Shown: positions 6,755 through 16,230, counted from the first letter of the stretch. The stretch is DNA of 33,812 nucleotides from Chthoniobacteraceae bacterium (GCA_031409335.1 JANNWY010000252.1:1-33812), one strand, 5' to 3'. The notes: generated by a model not told the origin, from the sequence alone. Made by a program: numbers and translations.

Positions 6755-6848
6755 GGGGGAAATGCGGGGGCGGGGCGGCGATCGTTTTTTCGCGCACGGC
6801 TTCGCCGATGGAGGCTTTGCCGAGGTCGAAGGACCAGATGGTTTTCAT
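6729..6848 (-). pseudogene. cas9: cas9 5' stub (RuvC-I motif only)
   Basis: ATG 6848: MKTIWSFDLGKASIGEAVR matches RuvC-I 'hhDhGxxShGxA', then unrelated sequence and a stop at codon 40. Same strand as, and upstream of, the type II cas1-cas2. Confidence 0.8.
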
Positions 6849-7123
6849 AGTGGGATGCCTGCCTTGAGTTGCTCTAGATTCATACCTGATGATTGGGGTT
6901 CGCCGGAAGGAGAACAGCTTCGGGGCGGCGGGGCGAGGCAGGCGGCGGAAGAGCCGGGGCCGTTCGCGGAAGACGCGCGGTTTGTGCCCGACCCGCCGCC
7001 AGCTCACTGCGGAGCTGGACAGCGTGAGCAGAAAGGGGTCGCTTTTAAGATGACGCTCTCATGCTGATGAGCAAACCGATGAATGCAGCTTGAAGGTCAC
7101 CGATTCCCTGGCGGGCGCGAAAT

Positions 7124-7978
7124 CTACTTCGCCACGACGACCTTCAGTTTCCGCGAGGAGATACGGAAGGTGACGGGGAGTTTCGTGACGACTTCGCCAT
7201 CGACTTCGACGGGCACGTCGTCCGCGCTGGAGACGGCGACGCGTTTGGTTTGGAAGTAATCCACGTCGGCGAGGCCGGTGTGGTTTCCCATGAGGATGGT
7301 GCCGAGGTAACGCGCGATGTCGAGGTAGCCGAGGTTTTTGAAGATGAGGACGTCGAGCTTGCCGTCGTCGATCCGGGCGTCCTTGAAAAATGCGACGGGG
7401 CCGCCGTAGTAGCGGCCATTGCCGATGAGGACGAAGGAGCCTTCGCGGCGGTGGCCGTCGTGCTCGACGATGAGCTTGGGCGGCGGGCGCGCGGCGATTT
7501 GCGCGGCGGAGATGACGTAGCTGAGCGGGCCGAAGTTTTTTTTGAAACTGCGGCTGGTGGCTTGCACGACTTGGGCATCGAGGCCGACGCCGGCGAGCTG
7601 CACGAAATACTGGTCGTTCGCGCGGACGAGATCGATGCGGCGGGTGTGGCCTGCCTGGATGATTTCCCACGCTTTCGGGAGGTTGTTCGGGATGCCGAGT
7701 TCGGCGGCGAAGACGTTCATGGTGCCGACGGGCAGGATGCCGAGGGCGATGTCGGAGCCGGCGATGCCGTTGACGACTTCATTGATCGTGCCATCGCCTC
7801 CGGCCGCGACGACGGTGGCGAAACCCTGCGCGACTGCCCACCCGGCGATGCTGCGCGCGTCGCCCGGCGCGGAAGTGGTCTGCACGGTGGCCGCGGGTAA
7901 ATCGCGGATTTTCTCCCAAGTCCCGCCGGCGCGTTCGCTGCGGGCGGCGGGGTTCAGGATGACGAGGATTTTCTCCAT
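7124..7978 (-). CDS. Diacylglycerol/lipid kinase, YegS/DagK family
   Basis: ILNPAA, AAGGDGTINEVVNG, LPVGTMNVFA, GVGLDA, NGRYYGG, VEVDGE. Confidence 0.92.
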   Translation of the reverse strand: MEKILVILNPAARSERAGGTWEKIRDLPAATVQTTSAPGDARSIAGWAVAQGFATVVAAGGDGTINEVVNGIAGSDIALGILPVGTMNVFAAELGIPNNLPKAWEIIQAGHTRRIDLVRANDQYFVQLAGVGLDAQVVQATSRSFKKNFGPLSYVISAAQIAARPPPKLIVEHDGHRREGSFVLIGNGRYYGGPVAFFKDARIDDGKLDVLIFKNLGYLDIARYLGTILMGNHTGLADVDYFQTKRVAVSSADDVPVEVDGEVVTKLPVTFRISSRKLKVVVAK

Positions 7979-8034
7979 GGGTGCAGCGGGCATTCGGCCT
8001 TTTCTTTCGAGGTTCGGTGACTACTTTCTGCGCC

Positions 8035-9555
8035 GTGAAACGACATTCCAAGGTGATTCTCGTCGTCCTCGCCGTGCTGCTCGCGATCGTCGGGATCGCG
8101 CTGCTCGGCGCGAAAACCTATGTCGAATCGACGAGCACGCGCAATCGCATCGAGGCGCAACTGGGCCGCGTGCTCGGGCTGCCGCTGGCGATTTCCGAAG
8201 TGAGTCTGTGGCCGTGGAGCGGCTTGAAAATCAGTGGCGTGAGCGTGCCGGGGGATGACGGGAATTTCCTCGAGGGCGCGACCTTCCGCGCGCGCTGCCG
8301 CTTTGTGCCGCTGCTCCAGCGGCGGCTGGAGATTTACGGTCTGCGCGCGGAGAATCCGAGGATCGTGTGGCGCGAGGGCGCGGATGGAAAATGGACGCTG
8401 CCGCAACGGGTGAAGGCGACCGCGGATGAGCCGAACGAGCTATCGGAAGCGCCAAAGGAAGGTGGATCGAAGGAGAAAAAGTCCGAGGGATTTCAGGTGA
8501 CGGTCGATGGCTTGAAGATCGCCAACGCGGCGATCGAGCTTTTGAACAAGGAGAAGAAATCGGTGGTGAAGCTGGTCGGCGTGAACATCGACTACGGCGT
8601 GCTGACGCCGGAGCGCGTGGAGGGAACGCTGCGGATCGACCGCGTGCAATGGAGCGCGCTCGCGATCACGCAGGTGCAGGCGCCTTTCAAATACACGCCG
8701 GACGCGGTGACGCTGACGCCGCTGGAGGGCACGGTCGCGGGTGGCGCGCTGAAGGGTTCGCTGAGCCTCCAGCCGAAAGTGCAGGGCATCCCTTTCAACG
8801 CCGATCTGAAGCTGACGGCGGCAGATGTGGGCAAGCTGATGAACGAAACGGGCTGGGCGCCGAATCAGTTTTTCGGACGCATCGACGGCTTTGTGGAGAT
8901 GCACGGAACGGTGCGGCGGCTGGTGAAGGTGGAGGGAAAAGGCGCGCTTTCGCTGAGGGGCGCGGAGATCAAGGGCTTTGAGTTTTTCAAGACGATCTCG
9001 GAAGGGTTGCACATCCCGGAACTGGCGGATTTGCGCCTCGGGGATTCGTCCACAGAGATCCGGCTCGGGGATGAAAAAGTGTTCATCGACTCGCTCGCGC
9101 TGAATTCGCCCGCGGTGAAAGTGCTCGCGAGCGGGCTTGTGCGCTTGAACGGCCGGATCACGGTGGATGCGCGGCTGGCGCTGGCGGAGGGGACGATCAG
9201 GCAGTTGCCGGATTTCGTGCGGGAATTCGTGGCGAATGTGAACGGCGAAAACGGCATCGACTTCAAAGTCGGCGGCACACTTTCCAAACCGAAAACCGAT
9301 CTGCTCGACAAGGTGAGCGGCAAGCGCGCGCTGAGCCAGGCGGTGGATGTGGTGGGGAATCTTTTCGGCGATCGAAAAAAGAAGGACGACAAAAAGAAGG
9401 AGAAAAAGACCGAGACCGCGAAAGCGACGCCGCCCCCTCTGCCCGCGCTCGATCCGACGGCGACGACGGTCGTCCCGCCGGCTGATGCGCCGCCGACTTT
9501 GCCGACGCTGCCGACCCCCCCGGCTCCGCCAGCATCCGAGCCGCCGCTGCCGTGA
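8035..9555 (+). CDS. AsmA-family protein
   Basis: N-terminal TM anchor, beta-rich body, C-terminal 'FKVGGTLSKPK' and a Pro-rich tail. GTG start inferred. Confidence 0.75.
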   Translation: MKRHSKVILVVLAVLLAIVGIALLGAKTYVESTSTRNRIEAQLGRVLGLPLAISEVSLWPWSGLKISGVSVPGDDGNFLEGATFRARCRFVPLLQRRLEIYGLRAENPRIVWREGADGKWTLPQRVKATADEPNELSEAPKEGGSKEKKSEGFQVTVDGLKIANAAIELLNKEKKSVVKLVGVNIDYGVLTPERVEGTLRIDRVQWSALAITQVQAPFKYTPDAVTLTPLEGTVAGGALKGSLSLQPKVQGIPFNADLKLTAADVGKLMNETGWAPNQFFGRIDGFVEMHGTVRRLVKVEGKGALSLRGAEIKGFEFFKTISEGLHIPELADLRLGDSSTEIRLGDEKVFIDSLALNSPAVKVLASGLVRLNGRITVDARLALAEGTIRQLPDFVREFVANVNGENGIDFKVGGTLSKPKTDLLDKVSGKRALSQAVDVVGNLFGDRKKKDDKKKEKKTETAKATPPPLPALDPTATTVVPPADAPPTLPTLPTPPAPPASEPPLP

Positions 9556-10109
9556 GGATCGTCGCGGGGACCGCGGGCGGACTCGAAATCGCCACGCCAA
9601 AAACGGATCTGCGGCCCACGATGGATCGCGTGCGCGGGGCGATCTTTTCGAGCCTCGGGGAATTCATCGCCGGCGCGCGCGTGCTCGATCTTTTCGCCGG
9701 TTCCGGCGGACTCGGCATCGAGGCGCTGAGCCGCGGCGCCACTGCCGCGGTCTTCGTGGAAAACGACCGTCGCGCCACGGCGACGATCGAGAAGAATCTC
9801 GCGCACACGCGGCTCACCGGGACGATTCACACGCTCGATATTTTCAGCTATCTCGACCGGCTCGCGGGCGTTGCGTCGTTCGATGCGATCTTTGCCGATC
9901 CGCCGTATGCGAAGAAACCCGGCGAGCGGGATTTCGCGCCGGAACTTTTGCGGAGCGAATCGCTGCGCCGCGCGCTGAAACCGGGCGGCATCTTCATCCT
10001 CGAACATCTGCCGCACGCCACGTTCGAGACCAGTCCCGAATGGGAATTGATCCGCGACAAACGCTACGGCGCGACGGCGGTGGCGTTTCTCCGAGTTGCG
10101 GCGGCGTAA
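9552..10109 (+). CDS. rsmD: 16S rRNA m2G966 methyltransferase RsmD
   Basis: MRIVAG, LRPTMDRVR, LDLFAGSGGLGIEALSRGA, FADPPY. Confidence 0.95.
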   Translation: MRIVAGTAGGLEIATPKTDLRPTMDRVRGAIFSSLGEFIAGARVLDLFAGSGGLGIEALSRGATAAVFVENDRRATATIEKNLAHTRLTGTIHTLDIFSYLDRLAGVASFDAIFADPPYAKKPGERDFAPELLRSESLRRALKPGGIFILEHLPHATFETSPEWELIRDKRYGATAVAFLRVAAA

Positions 10110-10178
10110 AGCGCAAGGGCTTGGGACTGCATCGCTTTTTCCCTTGCCCGCGCGGGACTCGTGGCAAGGCTGTGCGCC

Positions 10179-11483
10179 ATGCGTCGCTCCTCCAGAATTG
10201 CCGTTTGTTTTCTGCTCGTTTCCGCCACTGCCGCGCTGGCGCAGCTCCCGGTCGCCGAGCCGCCGCGCGGTTGGAAGACGGCGGAGGGGCAGCCATTTCA
10301 GGGGACGCTGCAAAATTTCGATGGGACGACCGCGTTTTTCCGAATGCCAAATGGCAGGCCCGCGCAATCGCCCGCGGCGAAATTGAGCGCGGACGATCAG
10401 CAGTATCTTGCCGAATGGCAGAAGCGGCAGCCGATCAAGAACGACACGCCCGCCACCGTCGGAGTGGACCCGGCGACGATGAAAACCGAGGTGGTGAGCG
10501 AGGACGCGGCGGCGGAAAAATACGTGTACCGCACGGCGCATTTCGAGTTCGAGTCGCAGGGGAAATTCACGCCGTCGCTGCTGCGCGAGGTGGCGCGGGA
10601 TTTCGAGGCGACCTATGAATTGCTGCGCGTGCTGCCTTGGAATATCGAGCCGAAGCCGCCGTCGGGAAACTTCTTCCGCGCGCGGCTGCTGAAAGATCGC
10701 GCGGCCTACCTGACGGCGGGCGGCGTGGCAAACAGCTCCGGAATTTACAGCTCGCGGACGGAGACGTTTCTGGTGCCTTTTGAAAGCATCGGCGTGAAGA
10801 CGCTCGGCAAGAGTTTCTCGAAAAGCGGCGACTACGATTCGAGCACGATGGTGCATGAGTTGACGCATCAGATGATGCATTTCTGGCTCGATCTCCTGCC
10901 GCAGTGGATGGTGGAAGGCACCGCGGAATACACCAGCAATCTGCCGCTGCGCACCGGTCGTTTCAGCGTCTCCCGCGCAAAGACGGGGCTGAAGGATTAC
11001 ACGGATTTTTTGAAGAAGCGCGCGGTCGGCGGAATGCCCGAGCCGTATCCGCTGGAGAAACTTTTTAACATCAGCAACGAAGAATGGATGGAGACGCTGC
11101 AGCAGGATCCGACTTCGTCGCACCGCCTTTATTTCACGTCCTATCTGCTCGTGTACTATTTCATGCACCTCGACGGGAAAGGCGATGCGCAGCGTGTCCT
11201 GCGTTATTTCCGCGAAATGCGCGATCAGCGGAAGCAGATGGAGGCGTATGGCACGGCGATGGAGGCGTTTTTCAAACAGCCCGGAGTGACCAAAAGCGAA
11301 GACGGGCGCTACACGTGGCCGAGCAGCGTGAAGCATCCGGCAAAGCCGGATTTCATCGCGTCGCCGACGGGCCGGGCCGATCTGCAAAAGCGCACTCTGG
11401 CGATGCTGCTCGATGGCCGGAGTGACGACGAGTTGATGAAGCAGATTCGATCGGCGTACCGGGGGCTGGGGATCAAGCTGTGA
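10179..11483 (+). CDS. Secreted SHD1-domain protein with gluzincin-like (DUF1570-type) peptidase domain
   Basis: Signal peptide; SHD1-like 'RGWKTAEG...KLSADDQQYL'; HELTH...WMVEGTAEY. Confidence 0.7.
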   Translation: MRRSSRIAVCFLLVSATAALAQLPVAEPPRGWKTAEGQPFQGTLQNFDGTTAFFRMPNGRPAQSPAAKLSADDQQYLAEWQKRQPIKNDTPATVGVDPATMKTEVVSEDAAAEKYVYRTAHFEFESQGKFTPSLLREVARDFEATYELLRVLPWNIEPKPPSGNFFRARLLKDRAAYLTAGGVANSSGIYSSRTETFLVPFESIGVKTLGKSFSKSGDYDSSTMVHELTHQMMHFWLDLLPQWMVEGTAEYTSNLPLRTGRFSVSRAKTGLKDYTDFLKKRAVGGMPEPYPLEKLFNISNEEWMETLQQDPTSSHRLYFTSYLLVYYFMHLDGKGDAQRVLRYFREMRDQRKQMEAYGTAMEAFFKQPGVTKSEDGRYTWPSSVKHPAKPDFIASPTGRADLQKRTLAMLLDGRSDDELMKQIRSAYRGLGIKL

Positions 11484-12853
11484 AGCGCGGAGCGTGGTGC
11501 CTTCCCTGGCTGATTTTAACGGCTGCGGTTTCTGCCGCGGACTGGCCGGAATTCATGGGGCCGACGCGCGATCAAGTTTCGGCGGAGACGGGATTGATTG
11601 ATGCGTTTCCCGAAAATGGGCCGCGGCTCGCGTGGGAAAAAACGGTCGGCAAGGGCTACAGCGCGCCTTCGGTGCGGGGGGATTTGCTCGTGGTGCATCA
11701 TCGCATCGGGAAGGAGGAAATCGTCGAAGCGTGCGATGCACAGACCGGCGCGACGCGCTGGCGACAGGCGTATCCGAGCGATTACGAAGACCCATTTGGC
11801 TACAACAACGGGCCGCGTTGCGCGCCGCTGCTGACGGCGGATCGCTGCTACACTTTCGGCGCGGAAGGCGTGCTGCTGTGCGTGGAACTCGCGACGGGGA
11901 AGCCGGTGTGGCGGCGCGAGACGCAGAAGGATTTTGAAGTGCCGGATGCTTTCTTCGGAGTCGGGAGTTCGCCGATTTTGGAAGATGGAAAGCTGATCGT
12001 GCAAGTCGGCGCGCAGCCGAATTCGGGAGTGGTCGCGTTCGACGCGGCGACGGGGAAAACGGTGTGGGAGAATGTCGGCGAAAAATCATGGACCGGCGTG
12101 GCGATGACGGGCTGGCCGGGCGAGCGCACGGTCGTGTGGAATCGCGCCGATCCCGTTTTCGACAAGCAGGCGAGCTATTGCACGCCGGTCGCCGCGACGA
12201 TTCACGGCCAGCGGCACATCCTCGTGGTGACGCGCCAGGGGCTCGTGTCGCTCGATCCGAAAACGGGCGCGGTAAACTTTTCGTTTTGGTTTCGCGCGCG
12301 GCAAAACGACACCGTCAACGCGATGACGCCAGTCGTCAGCGGCGATACGATTTTCATTTCGACGGCGTATTTCAAAAACGGATCGGTGCTGCTACGCGTG
12401 AAGCCGGATGGGAAATCGGTGGAGGAAATCTGGCGCGGCCTGCAACTCGAGATGCATTGGACGCGACCGGTTTTGAAAGACGGCCACCTGTTCGCATTCA
12501 GCGGGCGCAACGAGCCGGACGCGCGATTCCGCAGCGTGGAATTGGCGACGGGGAAACTGAAATGGGATCGCCAAGAAGGCTGGCCGAATGGCGGCCACGG
12601 CCGGGTCCGGCGCGGGAATGAGCCAAAGGTGTTTGGCCGCGGATCGGCGATTCTCGCCGATGGAAAATTGATCGCGCTCGGCGAGGCGGGATTGCTCGGA
12701 CTTTTCAAAACAAACTCCGAAACGCTGGAGGAACTGAGCCGCTGGCAAGTCCCGCAACTCGGCTACCCCTGCTGGGCCGCGCCGGTGCTGGCGAACCGGC
12801 TGCTCTATCTTCGCGATGAGGATCGGGTGGTTTGTTACGATTTCGCGAAGTAA
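11480..12853 (+). CDS. PQQ-like beta-propeller (BamB-like) protein
   Basis: Signal peptide, ADWPEFMGP, GYSAP, repeated 'D..TG...W' blades, 'WAAPVLA...LYLRD'. Confidence 0.88.
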   Translation: MKRGAWCLPWLILTAAVSAADWPEFMGPTRDQVSAETGLIDAFPENGPRLAWEKTVGKGYSAPSVRGDLLVVHHRIGKEEIVEACDAQTGATRWRQAYPSDYEDPFGYNNGPRCAPLLTADRCYTFGAEGVLLCVELATGKPVWRRETQKDFEVPDAFFGVGSSPILEDGKLIVQVGAQPNSGVVAFDAATGKTVWENVGEKSWTGVAMTGWPGERTVVWNRADPVFDKQASYCTPVAATIHGQRHILVVTRQGLVSLDPKTGAVNFSFWFRARQNDTVNAMTPVVSGDTIFISTAYFKNGSVLLRVKPDGKSVEEIWRGLQLEMHWTRPVLKDGHLFAFSGRNEPDARFRSVELATGKLKWDRQEGWPNGGHGRVRRGNEPKVFGRGSAILADGKLIALGEAGLLGLFKTNSETLEELSRWQVPQLGYPCWAAPVLANRLLYLRDEDRVVCYDFAK

Positions 12854-12908
12854 TCTGCGGTTGGAAAACCACATCGCCTTCACGCGTTTCCGGGTTATAT
12901 CGAGTGCC

Positions 12909-14501
12909 ATGATTTGCCCGACCATTTTCGTCATCGCACTCTTGAGCGCCGGCAGCCTTTTCGCAGCACAGCCGGGAAATCCGGGCAAAGCCAAAGGCGA
13001 CAAGGCTGCGAAACATCGCGCGGCGCAGACTGCGTTGTTTGGCGGGCTCATTCCGACGATTCATTTTGAAATCGCGGAGGAGGAAATGAAGGCGCTTCAG
13101 GACGATCCACGTCGTTACGTCGAAGGGCGGATGACTGCGGATGGCAAGGTTTTCAAAGGAGTGGCGCTGAAGCTCAAAGGCGCGTCGGGAAGTTTTCAGC
13201 CGGTCGATCAGAAGCCGGCGTGGACGGTGAATCTCGACAAATTCAAGGGTGGGGACCGGTTTCACGGACTGACGAAATTTCACCTGAACAACGCGAAAGA
13301 AGACCCTTCATTTCTGCATCAGGTTTTGTGCGGCGAAATGGCGCGGGCGGCGGGTGTGCCGGCGATCCGCTGCACGCACGCGCTGGTGAAGCTGAACGAG
13401 CGCGACCTCGGGCTCTACGTGCTGACCGAGGGCTACACGAAGGATTTTCTGGCGCAGCATTTCAAAGATCCGGACGGCGACCTTTACGAGAGCGGTTTCA
13501 TCAAGGACATCGACGAGGAATTGACGAAGGATGAGGGCGACAAAAATGATTTCCGCGCGATCGAGCAATTGATCGCCGCGAGCCGCGAAGGGAACGATGC
13601 GGATCGCTGGCAGCGGCTGGGAAAGATTCTGGATTGCGATCGTTTCGCGTCGTTCCTCGCTATCGAGGCGCTGCTTGGCGTGGGCGATGGCTACGACTTT
13701 GGGAAAAACAACTACCGCATTTATCACGACCCGGTGACGAAGCTGCTTTCCTTCATGCCACACGGGATGGATGAGCCGCTGGGGGACGTGCATTTTGAAA
13801 TCCAGCGCGGACCGGGAAGCATGGTGGGCAGAGCGTTCGTCGGTTGCGCGGAAGGGCGCGCGCTCTACCGCGAGCGGGTCGCGACGATTTATGAAAAGGT
13901 CTTTGCCAAGCGCGACTGGCCGGGACGCGCGGCGGCGGTGGCGGCGAAAGTGAACGCGGCTGTCGCGGGTCGCGATGCGGCGTTTGCGAAGGAGCTGGCA
14001 GCGCGAATGGAAGCGGTGCGGAAAACGGTCGGGCTGCGCGTGCAGGAGATCGGAGCGCAGCTCGCGAACATGCCGGAGCCGCTCACTTTCGACAAAGCAG
14101 GCGCGGCGCGACTAACGAAAGGCTGGGGTGCGAGGAACGAGGACGGCGCGAAGCTGGAGCACTTCAATGGCGACGGTCCCGCGTGCCTGCGGATCTCCGC
14201 CGAGGGTGAGACGCAGGCTTCGTGGCGGGCCGGCGCGGCGCTGGCTCCGGGCCGCTATCGCTTCGAGGCGCGGATGAAGACGGTCGGCATCGAGGGCGAC
14301 GGCGCGGGCCTGCGAATCTCGGGTCGGGACCCGGAAGGCGAGTGGGTGCGCGGCGATTCGGACTGGCGCGCGGTGAAGTATGAATTCGACGTGTCCGAGG
14401 ATGGCGGCGAGGTCGTGCTCGTGGCGGAATTGCGGGCGAAAAAGGGCGAGGCGCGTTTTGCGCTCGATTCGATGCGTCTGGTCCGGCTGGCGCGGCGATG
14501 A
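12909..14501 (+). CDS. CotH-family kinase with C-terminal carbohydrate-binding-like domain
   Basis: Signal peptide; KLKGASGSF, FHGLTKFHLNN, LGLYV, DGY...NNYRIY, PHGMD. Confidence 0.85.
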   Translation: MICPTIFVIALLSAGSLFAAQPGNPGKAKGDKAAKHRAAQTALFGGLIPTIHFEIAEEEMKALQDDPRRYVEGRMTADGKVFKGVALKLKGASGSFQPVDQKPAWTVNLDKFKGGDRFHGLTKFHLNNAKEDPSFLHQVLCGEMARAAGVPAIRCTHALVKLNERDLGLYVLTEGYTKDFLAQHFKDPDGDLYESGFIKDIDEELTKDEGDKNDFRAIEQLIAASREGNDADRWQRLGKILDCDRFASFLAIEALLGVGDGYDFGKNNYRIYHDPVTKLLSFMPHGMDEPLGDVHFEIQRGPGSMVGRAFVGCAEGRALYRERVATIYEKVFAKRDWPGRAAAVAAKVNAAVAGRDAAFAKELAARMEAVRKTVGLRVQEIGAQLANMPEPLTFDKAGAARLTKGWGARNEDGAKLEHFNGDGPACLRISAEGETQASWRAGAALAPGRYRFEARMKTVGIEGDGAGLRISGRDPEGEWVRGDSDWRAVKYEFDVSEDGGEVVLVAELRAKKGEARFALDSMRLVRLARR

Positions 14502-14586
14502 ATTCGTCCCAGTGCCTTCGCTAAGATTCCGTCATGGCTTGGATTGAGGTCAGCATATGGAGAAATTTCACCGCCGAACCGGTGCG

Positions 14587-16230
14587 ATGAGAACGCTGCA
14601 ATACTTTTTCGTCCTGCTCGCGATCGCGGGTGCGCTGGTATTCCTCGCGCCATACGTGGATTCCGAGCCAGTGCGCGCCGAAGTCGCGCCGACTACCAAG
14701 GCGTCCAAGGCGTCCAAGGCGTCCAAGGCGGAAAAACAAAAAACGCTTGGGGAAAACTTCTGGAGCGGGCCGTTTCCATCGGTCGAGATTTCATTCGAGC
14801 CGGAGGAGTGGGAATTCCTGCAACGCGACAATCGCCGCTACTGCAAGGCCACGCTGGTCGAGGGCACGAAGACTTACAAGGCGGTGGCGCTGAAACTCAA
14901 AGGCTCTGCGGGCAGCTTTCAGGGTCCCGATGGAAAGCCAGGGCTGACGATCAATTTCGACATCTACAAAGGCGGCGACCCATTCCACGGACTGCGCAAG
15001 ATTCACTTCAACAACGGGGCGCAGGACGGGACGTATTTGTTCGAGCAAATCGCCGGGGAAATCGCGCGGAAGGCGGGCGTGCCGGCGTCGCGTTGCTCGC
15101 ACGGATTCGTGAAATTTCAGGGGCGCGATCTCGGGCTCTACGTCGTCAAAGAGGCGTTCACGAAGGAGTTTTTGTCCGCGTTTTACAAGAACGTGGACGG
15201 CGATCTTTTCGACGGCGGGTTTGTCCGCGGGATTGACGAAAACTCCGAAAAAGATTCGGGAGATCCGAAAGACAAGGCGGCGATCAAGGAACTCATAGCC
15301 GCGTGCAACGAGGGTGATAACGCGAAGCGTTGGGAGCGGCTCGGGAAGATTCTCGATGTGGACCTTTTCGCGTCGTATTTCGCGATGGAGGCGATCCTCT
15401 GCCACTGGGATGGATACAGCTTCAATAGCAACAACTACCGGTTCTACTGCGATCCCGATTCGAAGAAGTTTTCGTTCTTCCTACACGGGATGGATCAGAC
15501 ATTTGGCGATGTGAATTTTTCCATCCGCGGCGATTCGGGGGCGTTGGTCAGCAGTGCATTCATGCGCTGCCCGGAAGGCGCGAAACTTTACAAGGCGAAG
15601 CTCCTGACGATCTACGAAAACGTGTTGAAACCGATCGACTGGAGCGCGCGAGTGACGGAGCTAGGCGGGAAGGTCCGCGAAGCGCTGGAGAAAAGAAATC
15701 CGCAGTCCGGCAAGGACTACGCCAGGCAGATCAGCAGCGTGCGCGACCGGGTGGCGCAGCGGATCGCAAACGTCGGCAAGATGCTGGGCGACATGCCGAA
15801 ACCGTTTGAGTTTGATGCCAAGGGCATCGCGAAAATCCCGAAAGACTGGCGCACGGAAGGGGACGCCGCGCAGATGGAAGAGCGGAATGACGAGGGCACG
15901 CCGTCCTTTTATCTCCGTGCCGATGGCGACACGAACGGGTCGTGGCGGCGGATGGTGGTCCTGGAACCTGGCGAATATCGCTTCGAGGCCAGGCTGCGGA
16001 CGAAGGGCGTGGTCGCCTCGCAGGGCTCGTCGGGAGAAGGCGCGGGGCTGCGGATTTCAGGGTCGAGCCGCAGCGGTGTGAACGCGCTGTCCGGTGACGC
16101 TGCGTGGCAGAATGTGGCCTATCCCTTTACCGCGAGCGGCGGTGAAATCATGCTCGTCATGGAGCTGCGCGCGGCGAAAGGCGAGCTGTGGTGCGAGAAG
16201 GGCTCGGTGCAAATCGTCCGCGTGAAGTAG
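14587..16230 (+). CDS. CotH-family kinase, tandem paralogue
   Basis: N-terminal hydrophobic segment; KLKGSAGSF, FHGLRKIHFNN, HWDGY...NNYRFY, HGMDQ; same C-terminal domain as the upstream gene. Confidence 0.85.
   Translation: MRTLQYFFVLLAIAGALVFLAPYVDSEPVRAEVAPTTKASKASKASKAEKQKTLGENFWSGPFPSVEISFEPEEWEFLQRDNRRYCKATLVEGTKTYKAVALKLKGSAGSFQGPDGKPGLTINFDIYKGGDPFHGLRKIHFNNGAQDGTYLFEQIAGEIARKAGVPASRCSHGFVKFQGRDLGLYVVKEAFTKEFLSAFYKNVDGDLFDGGFVRGIDENSEKDSGDPKDKAAIKELIAACNEGDNAKRWERLGKILDVDLFASYFAMEAILCHWDGYSFNSNNYRFYCDPDSKKFSFFLHGMDQTFGDVNFSIRGDSGALVSSAFMRCPEGAKLYKAKLLTIYENVLKPIDWSARVTELGGKVREALEKRNPQSGKDYARQISSVRDRVAQRIANVGKMLGDMPKPFEFDAKGIAKIPKDWRTEGDAAQMEERNDEGTPSFYLRADGDTNGSWRRMVVLEPGEYRFEARLRTKGVVASQGSSGEGAGLRISGSSRSGVNALSGDAAWQNVAYPFTASGGEIMLVMELRAAKGELWCEKGSVQIVRVK
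14696..14730 (+). repeat. 9-bp tandem repeat (CCAAGGCGT) x ~3.9, encoding KAS repeats
   Basis: Read directly from the sequence. Confidence 0.95.

Noticed and set aside
172..6848. Casposon or integron explanation for the cassette region
   Set aside because: No PolB, TIRs, tyrosine integrase or attC-like sites. Cas1 is type II-like and is flanked by cas9 and cas2 stubs.
6729..7007. 92-aa ORF as annotated in the track
   Set aside because: The first 53 residues are Arg/Pro-rich non-coding read-through. Only the part from ATG 6848 is meaningful.
1..7120. CRISPR array near cas1
   Set aside because: No regularly spaced 28-47 bp repeats were seen. The only repeat is the 60-bp cas1 start. Any array should lie beyond the left edge.
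8865..11387. 840-aa minus-strand ORF and similar long shadow ORFs (79..1152, 5609..6850, 8440..9600, 27668..28816, 32559..33218)
   Set aside because: They are antisense to well-supported genes and have no motifs; such ORFs are expected in high-GC DNA.
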